A program made the position numbers and the translations under genes. Of a DNA stretch of 64,000 bases, positions 9,958-18,643 are shown piece after piece (the stretch's first letter is position 1; every line of letters begins with the position of its first letter). The notes under the pieces are model-generated. The model searched no databases and was not told where the DNA came from. It saw only the letters and a list, made by a program, of their open reading frames with translations. Origin of the DNA: an uncultured bacterium (GTDB lineage Bacteria; Zixibacteria; MSB-5A5; GN15; FEB-12); the NCBI GenBank assembly GCA_965372795.1, contig CBDVDR010000006.1:1-64000 (forward strand). The letters are read 5' to 3'.

Positions 9958-10794
9958 TTGTTTAAGAAACTTTCCCTCACACTGTTTTTAATTTTTGTTT
10001 TAACTTATTTCGGGTGCACTCAGGGTGAAAAAAATATTTATTTGCAATATAAGTACAAACCCGGTACAACTTTGATTTATAAACAGATTTCAAAACGGAC
10101 AACCAAAGTAATTGAAGCTGATTCTGTTATTGAACAGTATTCAACCAGTTATAGTATTAACATAGAACAGGCAATCAAAAGATTCGAGAATAACATTGCC
10201 GAAATTATCGAGACCAGCGAATGGTCGCATGAAATTAAAAACAAAGAAGATTCTACAAAAATTGATACAAAGATATCAACCAATGAAATGGTATTTCGAG
10301 TTAAACCGAATGGTAAAATTGTAGATATTGAGTTTCTGCCAGAGAAAAGTAATTCATATCGCAATTATATTAAAAACTACTTTGAACAAGGAATGCCGTT
10401 ATTTCCAGAGTCTGAAGTCTCTCCCGGATATAGCTGGACTCAAACTTCCAAAGTCGTACTCCCCGATGAAACCCTGGATGCGACCACTACCTATACGATC
10501 AAATCGATTGTACGCGAGGCCGGTTACGATTGTGCTGTGATCGAATTTAATGGCAACCTGTTAATACCGGTAGAAATGAGTAAAGAAAAAGGGAAAATGC
10601 GTTCCGGAATGGATAGGATTCAAGCAACCGGAATGATTTATTTTGCATTTAAAGAAGGTATGATTGTATTACAACGTGAACGATGGGTTATAGATGGAAT
10701 CAGGAATGTTGTCGAAGAAGACAAAACCCGGACTTATAAAATTGCGGTTGAGGCTGACTCTGATTTTTCTTTAAAGAAGGTTGTTATAGATTAA
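9958..10794 (+). CDS. Putative lipoprotein, beta-rich (DUF6263-like)
   Basis: Lipobox-like TYFGC after a hydrophobic stretch, LQYKYKPG N-terminal motif, and a strong SD (AAGGAG) before the TTG start. Confidence 0.65.
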   Translation: MFKKLSLTLFLIFVLTYFGCTQGEKNIYLQYKYKPGTTLIYKQISKRTTKVIEADSVIEQYSTSYSINIEQAIKRFENNIAEIIETSEWSHEIKNKEDSTKIDTKISTNEMVFRVKPNGKIVDIEFLPEKSNSYRNYIKNYFEQGMPLFPESEVSPGYSWTQTSKVVLPDETLDATTTYTIKSIVREAGYDCAVIEFNGNLLIPVEMSKEKGKMRSGMDRIQATGMIYFAFKEGMIVLQRERWVIDGIRNVVEEDKTRTYKIAVEADSDFSLKKVVID

Positions 10795-10820
10795 TTTTTA
10801 AATATAAGTTTTAAACATGT

Positions 10821-10903
10821 GCGGCAGACGATGATGTCTGCCGTTATAGAAATAGAAATGTCAAGCCAGACATTTCTATTAAAAAAACCGGCAATGCCGG
10901 TTT
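10821..10903. repeat. Three tandem inverted repeats (hairpin cluster)
   Basis: CGGCAGAC/GTCTGCCG (10822-10843), AATAGAAATGTC/GACATTTCTATT (10851-10880), AAACCGGC/GCCGGTTT (10885-10903). Confidence 0.7.
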
Positions 10904-10934
10904 ACTTTTGAGTTTGAATATTCTAAATTCAAAC

Positions 10935-12119
10935 ATGTCAATTTCAAGGATAATACTCATAATAATTGATGCCTGCGGTGTAGGCGAACTTCCCGATTCG
11001 GCTCAATACGGAGATACCGGGGCGGCTACAATTCCTAATATAGCAAAAGCCTGTAATGGGATAAATATACCTAATCTACATTCTTTAGGTTTAGGAAATA
11101 TAACTGATATTATGTCTCTCTCCCCGGTTGATAATCCCACGGGATGCTACGGTAAGATGAATGAAGTTTCGCATGGCAAAGATTCCACTACCGGACACTG
11201 GGAGATTGGCGGAATAAATGTAAAATCACCATTTCCGGTTTTCCCGAATGGATTCCCTGATGAGCTTGTAATGAAGTTTGAAAAATTAGCCGGTGTAGAA
11301 ACTATTGGAAATTGTACAGCCAGTGGTACCGAAATTATTAACCGTCTTGGTGAGGAACATCTTAGAACTAAAAAAATAATTCTGTACACATCAGCAGATT
11401 CGGTTTTTCAACTGGCAGCTCATGAAGATATTTATCCTTTAGAAAGACAATACGAAATTTGTCAAATAGCGCGAGAATTACTTGTTGGTGAATATGCTGT
11501 CGGCAGAGTGATAGCCCGCCCGTTTATCGGTGAAGTTGACAATTTCCAAAGAACTTCAGGGCGCAAAGATTTTTCATTAGAACCAACCGAAGACACGATT
11601 CTTGACCTGTTCCAGAAAAACCGTAAAAAGGTATTATCTATCGGCAAAATTTATGATCTATATTGCGGACGCGGTTTTAATAATGCGATTAAGACCAAGA
11701 ATAATTCAGAAGTCGGCCAGCAAATAATTGAAGCTATCAGTAAAGATAACGAACATGATTTGATATTCGCAAATTTCGTTGATTTTGATATGAATCATGG
11801 TCATAGAAATGATACTGAAGGGTTTGCGATGGCATTGGAACAATTTGATTTAAAACTAAAGACAATTATGGATTCTCTCAGGGATGATGATATGATGATT
11901 ATAACTGCCGACCATGGATGTGATCCGACTATTAAAATCTCGACTGATCATACCCGTGAATATGTTCCTTTATTGGTTTATGGGAAAAACATTAAAAAAG
12001 GTATCAATCTTGGCATTCGAGGCACATTTAGTGATATCGCCTGCACCCTGGCTGAGGTATATAATATTGATCATAAATTTGAAGGAACATCTTTTTATAA
12101 AGATATTAGTGAGGATTAA
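10935..12119 (+). CDS. deoB: Phosphopentomutase
   Basis: IIDACGVGELPD, GKDSTTGHWEI, YTSADSVFQ, GRVIARPF, TADHGCDP and DHTREYVPLL motifs; start set at ATG 10935. Confidence 0.95.
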   Translation: MSISRIILIIIDACGVGELPDSAQYGDTGAATIPNIAKACNGINIPNLHSLGLGNITDIMSLSPVDNPTGCYGKMNEVSHGKDSTTGHWEIGGINVKSPFPVFPNGFPDELVMKFEKLAGVETIGNCTASGTEIINRLGEEHLRTKKIILYTSADSVFQLAAHEDIYPLERQYEICQIARELLVGEYAVGRVIARPFIGEVDNFQRTSGRKDFSLEPTEDTILDLFQKNRKKVLSIGKIYDLYCGRGFNNAIKTKNNSEVGQQIIEAISKDNEHDLIFANFVDFDMNHGHRNDTEGFAMALEQFDLKLKTIMDSLRDDDMMIITADHGCDPTIKISTDHTREYVPLLVYGKNIKKGINLGIRGTFSDIACTLAEVYNIDHKFEGTSFYKDISED

Positions 12120-12121
12120 TA

Positions 12122-12787
12122 ATGACAGACATATTAAAAAATTTAAATCAACGATTTGATCATGCAACTCTTCATAGTGAAGTTGACGACAAAGCTATTG
12201 AAATAATCTGTCAGGAAGCAATTGAGCATAAATTCTTTTCTATTGCTATTAATCCGGTATGGACTAAAAAAGCGGCTGAACTAACTCAAGGAACTGATGT
12301 AAAAATCCTATCGGTTTCCGGTTTTCCTCTAGGGGCATCACGAACCGATATAAAAGTTGTCGAAGCAGTAAAAGGTGTTAATGACGGAGCGCATGAGATT
12401 GATATGGTTGCCAACATCGGCTGGCTGGCTTCGGATCAATTCTCAAAAGCTGAAGAAGAGATAAAAATCATTCGTGAGAATCTCCCCTATAATGTTATTT
12501 TAAAAGTGATAATAGAAGCGGGAAAACTATCAGAAGCACAACAAATTGAAGCCTCAAAATGCGTTGTAAATGGTGGCGCTCAATTTGTTAAAACTTGTAC
12601 AGGCTTTTTTGGAGGTGCCACAGTTGATCAGGTAGCAACCCTTTATAAGGCAGTTGAAAATCAAATAGAAGTTAAAGCATCCGGAGGAATCAGAACTTTA
12701 GAACAATGCCATGCGCTTCTTGAGGCAGGAGCTACGCGTCTTGGCAGCAGTTCCTCAGTTTCGATCCTTAAAGAGCTGACCCAATAA
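12122..12787 (+). CDS. deoC: Deoxyribose-phosphate aldolase
   Basis: DHATLH, GFPLG, EIDMV, KVIIE, FVKTCTGF, VKASGGIR and RLGSSS motifs. Confidence 0.95.
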   Translation: MTDILKNLNQRFDHATLHSEVDDKAIEIICQEAIEHKFFSIAINPVWTKKAAELTQGTDVKILSVSGFPLGASRTDIKVVEAVKGVNDGAHEIDMVANIGWLASDQFSKAEEEIKIIRENLPYNVILKVIIEAGKLSEAQQIEASKCVVNGGAQFVKTCTGFFGGATVDQVATLYKAVENQIEVKASGGIRTLEQCHALLEAGATRLGSSSSVSILKELTQ

Positions 12788-12875
12788 AAGCCTAATGCGT
12801 TGTACCACTTTTGCTTGTATAATATGTGATCAGATTTAAATTGATTTTTTTCAAAATTATGATATTTTGTAGTTA

Positions 12876-13067
12876 ATGATGAATAAGCATGGTACATTTA
12901 AAAAACCCTTTATAGGAATTTCTTTTAAATGTTGTTCTGTTTATACGAGGATATACTTAAATAAAAAAGGTACAGCCTTTGTTGGTTGGTGTCCCAAATG
13001 CACAGCTAAGGCAGAAGTAAAAGTTTCTCCAACCGGCAGCAAAAGCAGTTTTTTTACTGCAAATTAA
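12876..13067 (+). CDS. Small Cys-rich putative Zn-ribbon protein
   Basis: 63 aa with FKCC...WCPKC; preceded by a promoter-like sequence and followed 1 nt later by the next gene. Confidence 0.7.
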   Translation: MMNKHGTFKKPFIGISFKCCSVYTRIYLNKKGTAFVGWCPKCTAKAEVKVSPTGSKSSFFTAN

Positions 13068-13068
13068 T

Positions 13069-13611
13069 ATGGCATTATCAAAAGCTAAAATAGTCGTTGT
13101 TCCCATGGGTGAGGTTGACTTCATGATGGTAAACCGAATTGCAGCTGATATCGGACCTGTCTTCAAGCGTTCAATTGATATACTCAAGGGAATGAAGATG
13201 CCGGTTGAGGCCCATAATGTAATTCGCAATCAATATTTTGGAACGGTGATACTTTCCAAACTTGAACGCATAAAAGCCAACAGTCGAGAACGGGTGATCG
13301 GCATTTGTGAAGAAGATTTGTATTTACCGGATGAACATTCGATCTTAGGGTTATCAAATCCGCTTTCGGGGACTGCCATAGTATCATTGTTTCAGTTTCG
13401 ACAGGAGTTTTATGGACTCCCGGAAGATGACAGCAAAATTTACCCACGCCTGTTTAAAGAAGCGGTTCATCAACTGGCACATATATTTGATCTTTCAGAA
13501 TGCCGGAATCCACGGTGCGTAAATTATTTCAGTAAGATCATGCTTGATATTGACAGTAAAAATGAAAAGTTTTGTGATATTTGCCGTAGAAAACTAACTA
13601 CGCTGGTATAG
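13069..13611 (+). CDS. Archaemetzincin-like (peptidase M54) protein with a degenerate active site
   Basis: RNQY, DLY, AIVSL, EFYGLP and KEAVH motifs plus the Cys4 finger (CRNPRC...FCDIC). HExxHxxGxxH reads HQLAHIFDLSE here. Confidence 0.82.
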   Translation: MALSKAKIVVVPMGEVDFMMVNRIAADIGPVFKRSIDILKGMKMPVEAHNVIRNQYFGTVILSKLERIKANSRERVIGICEEDLYLPDEHSILGLSNPLSGTAIVSLFQFRQEFYGLPEDDSKIYPRLFKEAVHQLAHIFDLSECRNPRCVNYFSKIMLDIDSKNEKFCDICRRKLTTLV

Positions 13612-13624
13612 AGAATTTCTGTCA

Positions 13625-15901
13625 ATGACACTTGATCAAATAATTGACCTCCTTCGAAATGATCCTTCCCATAGAGAAAATATAACAACCTGGAAAACGA
13701 TAGCTGCTAAAGATGCAATATTTAACAACTTTCCGGACCATCTTGATCTTCGCTTAGTAAATTCTTTAAAGTCCAAAGGAATTGAGCAACTATATTCGCA
13801 TCAAGCTTCAGCGATAAATAAGATCAATGAGGATAAAGATTGTGTAATTGTAACGCCGACAGCATCGGGGAAAACACTTTGTTTTAATATTCCGGTTTTA
13901 AATGATATTCTTAAAAACCCGAACAATCGAGCCTTATATCTTTTTCCAACAAAAGCTTTAGCTCAGGATCAGATGTCGGAATTATATGATTTGATACAAG
14001 AGCTTGAGGTTGATATAAAAACTTACACCTTTGACGGCGACACACCCCAGACAGCTCGTCGGGCGATTCGTTCTGCCGGACATATTGTAATTACGAATCC
14101 TGATATGCTTCATGCCGGGATTCTCCCCCATCACACTAAATGGATTAAACTTTTTGAAAATTTGAAATATGTTGTTATTGATGAGATCCATCATTACCGA
14201 GGTGTTTTTGGATCCCATCTTGCGAACGTTATTAAAAGACTTAAAAGAATTTGTAAATTTTATGGGGCGGACCCGATATTTATCTGTTGTTCGGCCACAA
14301 TTGCTAATCCGGCAGAGTTGACCTCGAGGATAATCGGTAAACCAGCTGATCTGATTGCTAATAACGGAGCGCCATCGGGGGAAAAACATTTCCTATTGTA
14401 TAATCCTGAGATAATTAATAAACAGCTCAATATCCGTAAATCCGCAATCAAAGAGGCTGCCCGATTGGCAACTTTGTTTTTAGAAAACAAAGTTCAAACA
14501 ATAGTGTTTGCTCATTTTCGCTTATATGTCGAAGTCATTTTGACGTATTTACAGAGAAGACTTAAGAAGGATTTTGGTCGTGGAATAGAAATCGCGGGTT
14601 ATCGCGGCGGGTATCTTCCCAATGAACGAAGAAGGATTGAATCCGGTTTAAGAAACGGATCTATTTCCGGCGTAGTTTCAACTAATGCGCTGGAACTGGG
14701 AATTGATATCGGTTCATTGGATGTTTCAATAATTGTCGGATATCCCGGTTCTATCGCTTCACTTCATCAGCAAGCCGGCCGGGCAGGAAGAAGAAACAGT
14801 AAATCATTGACTATCATGGTTGCTAATTCTTCTGCAATTAATCAGTTTCTCTGTTCCGAACCAAAATATATATTTGAGAAGTCGCCAGAATCAGGAATAA
14901 TTGATCCTGACAATTTGATAATCAGAACCAATCATTTAAAATGCGCCACATTTGAACTTCCATTTGATAAAGCTGAACTCCAAAATGAGGATGGTACTGA
15001 GGCTATTTTAGAGTATCTTTCGGAAAGTAATATTATCCGCTCGGTTGGAGATCGTTATCATTGGTCATCAGATATTTATCCGGCTCAACAGGTTTCGTTA
15101 CGGTCAGCTTCGCCTGAGAATTTTGTTATTTTAAATGAAAGCCATAATTCGGAAGTTATCGGTGAAGTTGATTATTTTTCTGCTCCAATATTTTTGCATC
15201 CGGAAGCAATTTATCTTCATGGTGCCAAACAGTTTCAGGTCACAAAACTTGACTGGGAAGGTCGCAAGGCGTATGTGAAAGAAGTAGAGGTTGATTATTA
15301 CACGGATGCGGAGACTAAAACAGAATTAAAAGTATTAAATGTTAACGATGAGCAGGTAACCGGCGAGGCGATAATTAGCCAGGGTGAAGTTTCCGTAACC
15401 TGTGTTACCGTTTTGTTTAAAAAGATAAAATTCGAGACTCATGAGAACGTCGGATCGGGACACCTTGAACTTCCGGAGATAGAAATGCACACCAGTTCAT
15501 TTTTATATGCTTTCCCCGGTGACATCGCTTTCAAAATCAAAAGTAACGCCTCCGAACTTGGAAGCGCCTTACGCGGTCTTGCAAATATACTTGGGAAGAT
15601 TGCGCCGTTATGGGTGATGTGTGATCATCGTGATTTGCGTTCGATTTCACAGGTACGGGCACCATTCACTGAGAAGCCAACAATTTATATTTATGAGAAT
15701 ATCCCCGGTGGTGTAGGTTTAACTGAAAAACTTTATCGAGAGTCCGACAAATTATTTGAATCGGCAATTGACCATGTTCGAAAATGCCCCTGTAAAAGCG
15801 GGTGTCCCTCGTGTGTTGGTCCCTCACTTGAGGTTGGCGAAACAGGTAAAGATACAGTAATCAAGCTTCTTGAATATATGCTTGCCGTTGCCCCGGTGTG
15901 A
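13625..15901 (+). CDS. DEAD/DEAH-box SF2 helicase with C-terminal DUF1998 Zn domain (MrfA/YprA/Hrq1-like)
   Basis: TPTASGKT, PTKALAQDQ, DEIH, SATIANP, TNALELGIDIG, QQAGRAGR, and C-terminal CPCKSGCPSC. Confidence 0.92.
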   Translation: MTLDQIIDLLRNDPSHRENITTWKTIAAKDAIFNNFPDHLDLRLVNSLKSKGIEQLYSHQASAINKINEDKDCVIVTPTASGKTLCFNIPVLNDILKNPNNRALYLFPTKALAQDQMSELYDLIQELEVDIKTYTFDGDTPQTARRAIRSAGHIVITNPDMLHAGILPHHTKWIKLFENLKYVVIDEIHHYRGVFGSHLANVIKRLKRICKFYGADPIFICCSATIANPAELTSRIIGKPADLIANNGAPSGEKHFLLYNPEIINKQLNIRKSAIKEAARLATLFLENKVQTIVFAHFRLYVEVILTYLQRRLKKDFGRGIEIAGYRGGYLPNERRRIESGLRNGSISGVVSTNALELGIDIGSLDVSIIVGYPGSIASLHQQAGRAGRRNSKSLTIMVANSSAINQFLCSEPKYIFEKSPESGIIDPDNLIIRTNHLKCATFELPFDKAELQNEDGTEAILEYLSESNIIRSVGDRYHWSSDIYPAQQVSLRSASPENFVILNESHNSEVIGEVDYFSAPIFLHPEAIYLHGAKQFQVTKLDWEGRKAYVKEVEVDYYTDAETKTELKVLNVNDEQVTGEAIISQGEVSVTCVTVLFKKIKFETHENVGSGHLELPEIEMHTSSFLYAFPGDIAFKIKSNASELGSALRGLANILGKIAPLWVMCDHRDLRSISQVRAPFTEKPTIYIYENIPGGVGLTEKLYRESDKLFESAIDHVRKCPCKSGCPSCVGPSLEVGETGKDTVIKLLEYMLAVAPV

Positions 15902-15916
15902 GGTTCGGGACAGTCG

Positions 15917-16852
15917 TTAAAAGATGCTGACTTTGAAGTATTTCTTCGGGTTGTTTTCCATATCAGTAATCAAGCTGTTTACTCGCGTCAGAACATTCGT
16001 AAATTCACTATACAAGGCAGTATCGTTTACAAACAGCCCAAGGGTGCCTTCAGCAGTATTTATCTTGTGTAAAACTGAATCGAGTTTTGCGGAAGTAGCC
16101 GTAAGATTGTCATACAAAGCCGGATCGTTTACAATTTTCCCAAGAGTTCCTGTATTTTCATTTACTTTGTTTGTAAGATCAGAGACTGAATTAGCGGTTC
16201 GTTCAACCGAAGAAATAATCCGTTCCTGATTATTTTGTAAGTAAGTTGTGACCTTGGTAAGGCTGGCCACTAAAGTAGTGATGTCATTGTAGAGTTTATC
16301 ATTAGTTGACAGCTGTCCTAAAGTTCCCTCACCTTGATTCATCCGACCTAAGATATCGTCGAGATTTTCAATCAACGAACCGGCTTGAGTAAATGCATCT
16401 TCACCGGCACGGAACATATTAGCAGCATCATTGGCATTTTTAGTCGGAATGACATCAAACTCTTTCATCGCCGGGTATTCGGCAGAGCCTGGGATAATTT
16501 CTACATATTTATCGCCAAGAAGTCCAATGGTGCCTAATTCAACATAAGAGTCGGCTCTTACCATTTTCCAGATAGCATTTTTAACCTTGCAGGTAATTTC
16601 AACCTGTCTTAAAGAATCGAGATTAACAAATTTAATGGTTTTAACATTGCCAATTTCTACTCCAGACATCCACACCGGAGATCCTTTTACCAAACCATTA
16701 ACATTTTTGAAGTAGCAAGTGAATTTCACTTTGCTTTCAAAAATCGATGTTCCACCTCCGGCAAAAGAAATCCAGAACAATATTGCAGTAGCAAATAATA
16801 AAATAATGCCTACTTTGAGGTTACCCCATTTGACTGATGTTGTTTTCTTCAT
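15917..16852 (-). CDS. mlaD: MlaD/MCE family lipid-transport protein with a long helical C-terminus
   Basis: N-terminal TM segment; VNGLVKGSPVWMSGVEIGNV and GLLGDKYVEIIPG; repeated GTLG..L.ND..LY units. Confidence 0.88.
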   Translation of the reverse strand: MKKTTSVKWGNLKVGIILLFATAILFWISFAGGGTSIFESKVKFTCYFKNVNGLVKGSPVWMSGVEIGNVKTIKFVNLDSLRQVEITCKVKNAIWKMVRADSYVELGTIGLLGDKYVEIIPGSAEYPAMKEFDVIPTKNANDAANMFRAGEDAFTQAGSLIENLDDILGRMNQGEGTLGQLSTNDKLYNDITTLVASLTKVTTYLQNNQERIISSVERTANSVSDLTNKVNENTGTLGKIVNDPALYDNLTATSAKLDSVLHKINTAEGTLGLFVNDTALYSEFTNVLTRVNSLITDMENNPKKYFKVSIF

Positions 16853-16911
16853 ATATCCAATACCAATTTAATCTTTATTCTTTAAATAGCTTTAAGCCTA
16901 AAATAGCCGAC

Positions 16912-17697
16912 TTAAGCCTTTTTGTCACCAACAAATTTTCTTTCAAAAACCTCTTCAATTGATTCATTAAATGGTTTGAGGAATTCTTTTACTTTAATAT
17001 TATCACTATCTCTAAGTTCTATTAAACCGCCATCAAAAACCAATTCCCCTTCAACAAGGACCAGGAAACGCTGTGCAAGAACGATAGCATCTACAATCTG
17101 ATGAGTTACAGTAATTGTCGAAATTGATTTTTGCTGATTTAATTTAGTGATCAGATTCATAACATTTTTAGTCGAACGAGGATCTAAACCGGTAGTCGGT
17201 TCATCAAAGAGCATAATTTTAGGATCGGTTGATAACAATGCCCGTCCAATTGCTACTCTTCGCTGCATCCCTCCTGAGAGTTCCTCGGGTAATTTGTCAA
17301 TAACCTCTTCGACGTCAAGTCCAACAAATCCGAGCATTTCAACGACTCTCTCTTCGATCTCATCGTATTTCATTTTAGTGTGTTCGATCAAATAATAACC
17401 GACATTCTCGCCAACGGTTAAGGAATCAAATAATGCCCCATGTTGGAAAACCATCCCTATCTTCTTACGAATCTGCCGTAATTTCTTCTCATTCATGACG
17501 CAGATATCTTTATTCTCAATTATTAGTTTTCCTTGCTGGGGGTATTCCAAGCCAAGGACTAATCTTAAAATAGTTGATTTTCCAGACCCTGACGGTCCCA
17601 TAATAACTACAGATTCAGAGTTGTCGATTTTAAATGAAACATCTCTCAATACAGGTTTTTCGTTGTAGGCGAAGTGAATATTTTTAAATTCGATCAT
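16912..17697 (-). CDS. mlaF: MlaF-type ABC ATPase
   Basis: GPSGSGKS, FQHGALFDSLTVGENV, LSGGMQRRVAIGRAL and DEPTTGLDP motifs. Confidence 0.9.
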   Translation of the reverse strand: MIEFKNIHFAYNEKPVLRDVSFKIDNSESVVIMGPSGSGKSTILRLVLGLEYPQQGKLIIENKDICVMNEKKLRQIRKKIGMVFQHGALFDSLTVGENVGYYLIEHTKMKYDEIEERVVEMLGFVGLDVEEVIDKLPEELSGGMQRRVAIGRALLSTDPKIMLFDEPTTGLDPRSTKNVMNLITKLNQQKSISTITVTHQIVDAIVLAQRFLVLVEGELVFDGGLIELRDSDNIKVKEFLKPFNESIEEVFERKFVGDKKA

Positions 17698-18503
17698 AAG
17701 TAACCCCTCAGCATGGAAAAGACTACTTTTGTAATTAAGAAATTCACTACCAATATTAAAATAGATGACAAAACGACTGACTCGGTTGTCGCCCGTCCGA
17801 CTCCTTTAGTTCCGCCTTCTGAAGTAAAACCTTTGTAACATGCGATATAAGCAATAACAAATGAAAATATAACCGGCTTGGTTATACCTATAAATATATT
17901 TCCAAAATTCAATCTTTCAAAAACCGCAGACCAATACATCGTACTTGTAACATGAGCCACAAAAACCGCTACGACATATCCCCCGACAATAGCGATAACA
18001 TCGCAAACAACAGTCAGAGCTGGTACCATAAGTATCAGAGCAATCAATCTTGGAACTGCAATTTTGCTAAAAGGATCGATACCAAACGAAACCATAGCAT
18101 CAATCTGGTTAGAAGACTTCATAGCTCCAATTTCAGCAGTTATCCCCGAGGCAACTCTGGCAGCAATCATCAAGCCAGTCAGAACCGGTCCTAATTCTCT
18201 AACGATAGAAATTGCCATAATTCGGCCAAGATAGTTTTTGGCTCCAAAATCCATCAATTCCATGGAAAAGGCAAAAGCAAACCCCTGACCGGCAAAAACA
18301 CCGGTTAAGATTATTAGAAAGAGCGACCCCACCCCTATTAGATACATCTGTTCCAGTGTTTCTGTCAGATAAATTCTTCTGGAAAATATCCCCAAAGTCA
18401 TTTTGACAGAAAAGAATAAAAGCTGCTGGCTTTCATAAGCAAAATGCTTGAGCCATTTATTTAAAATACTAAATATCTTACTATACCCTTCCTTTAGGGA
18501 CAT
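17694..18503 (-). CDS. mlaE: MlaE family ABC permease (start uncertain)
   Basis: IGVGSL, RELGPVLTGLMIAARVASGITAEIGAM and GVGRATTESVV motifs. Confidence 0.9.
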   Translation of the reverse strand: MSLKEGYSKIFSILNKWLKHFAYESQQLLFFSVKMTLGIFSRRIYLTETLEQMYLIGVGSLFLIILTGVFAGQGFAFAFSMELMDFGAKNYLGRIMAISIVRELGPVLTGLMIAARVASGITAEIGAMKSSNQIDAMVSFGIDPFSKIAVPRLIALILMVPALTVVCDVIAIVGGYVVAVFVAHVTSTMYWSAVFERLNFGNIFIGITKPVIFSFVIAYIACYKGFTSEGGTKGVGRATTESVVLSSILILVVNFLITKVVFSMLRGYL

Positions 18504-18643
18504 TTTAGCCGGTATGTATGTTTATGTCAAGAGATTCATGAGTTATTATATTATTATTATTCAAATAGATTTTTATCCTTTTACGTTTATAAATGTATTA
18601 TAATTGAAGGATTTTTGAAATAGAATTAATTAAAGAAAAGAAT

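Noticed and set aside
13476..13492. TGGCACATATATTTGAT as a sigma-54 box
   Set aside because: It lies inside a CDS, has the wrong -12 element, and has no supporting IHF or upstream sites.
13625..15901. Helicase as part of DISARM, Druantia or Dpd defence
   Set aside because: No methylase, nuclease or other system genes are adjacent, and the size matches a stand-alone MrfA-type helicase.
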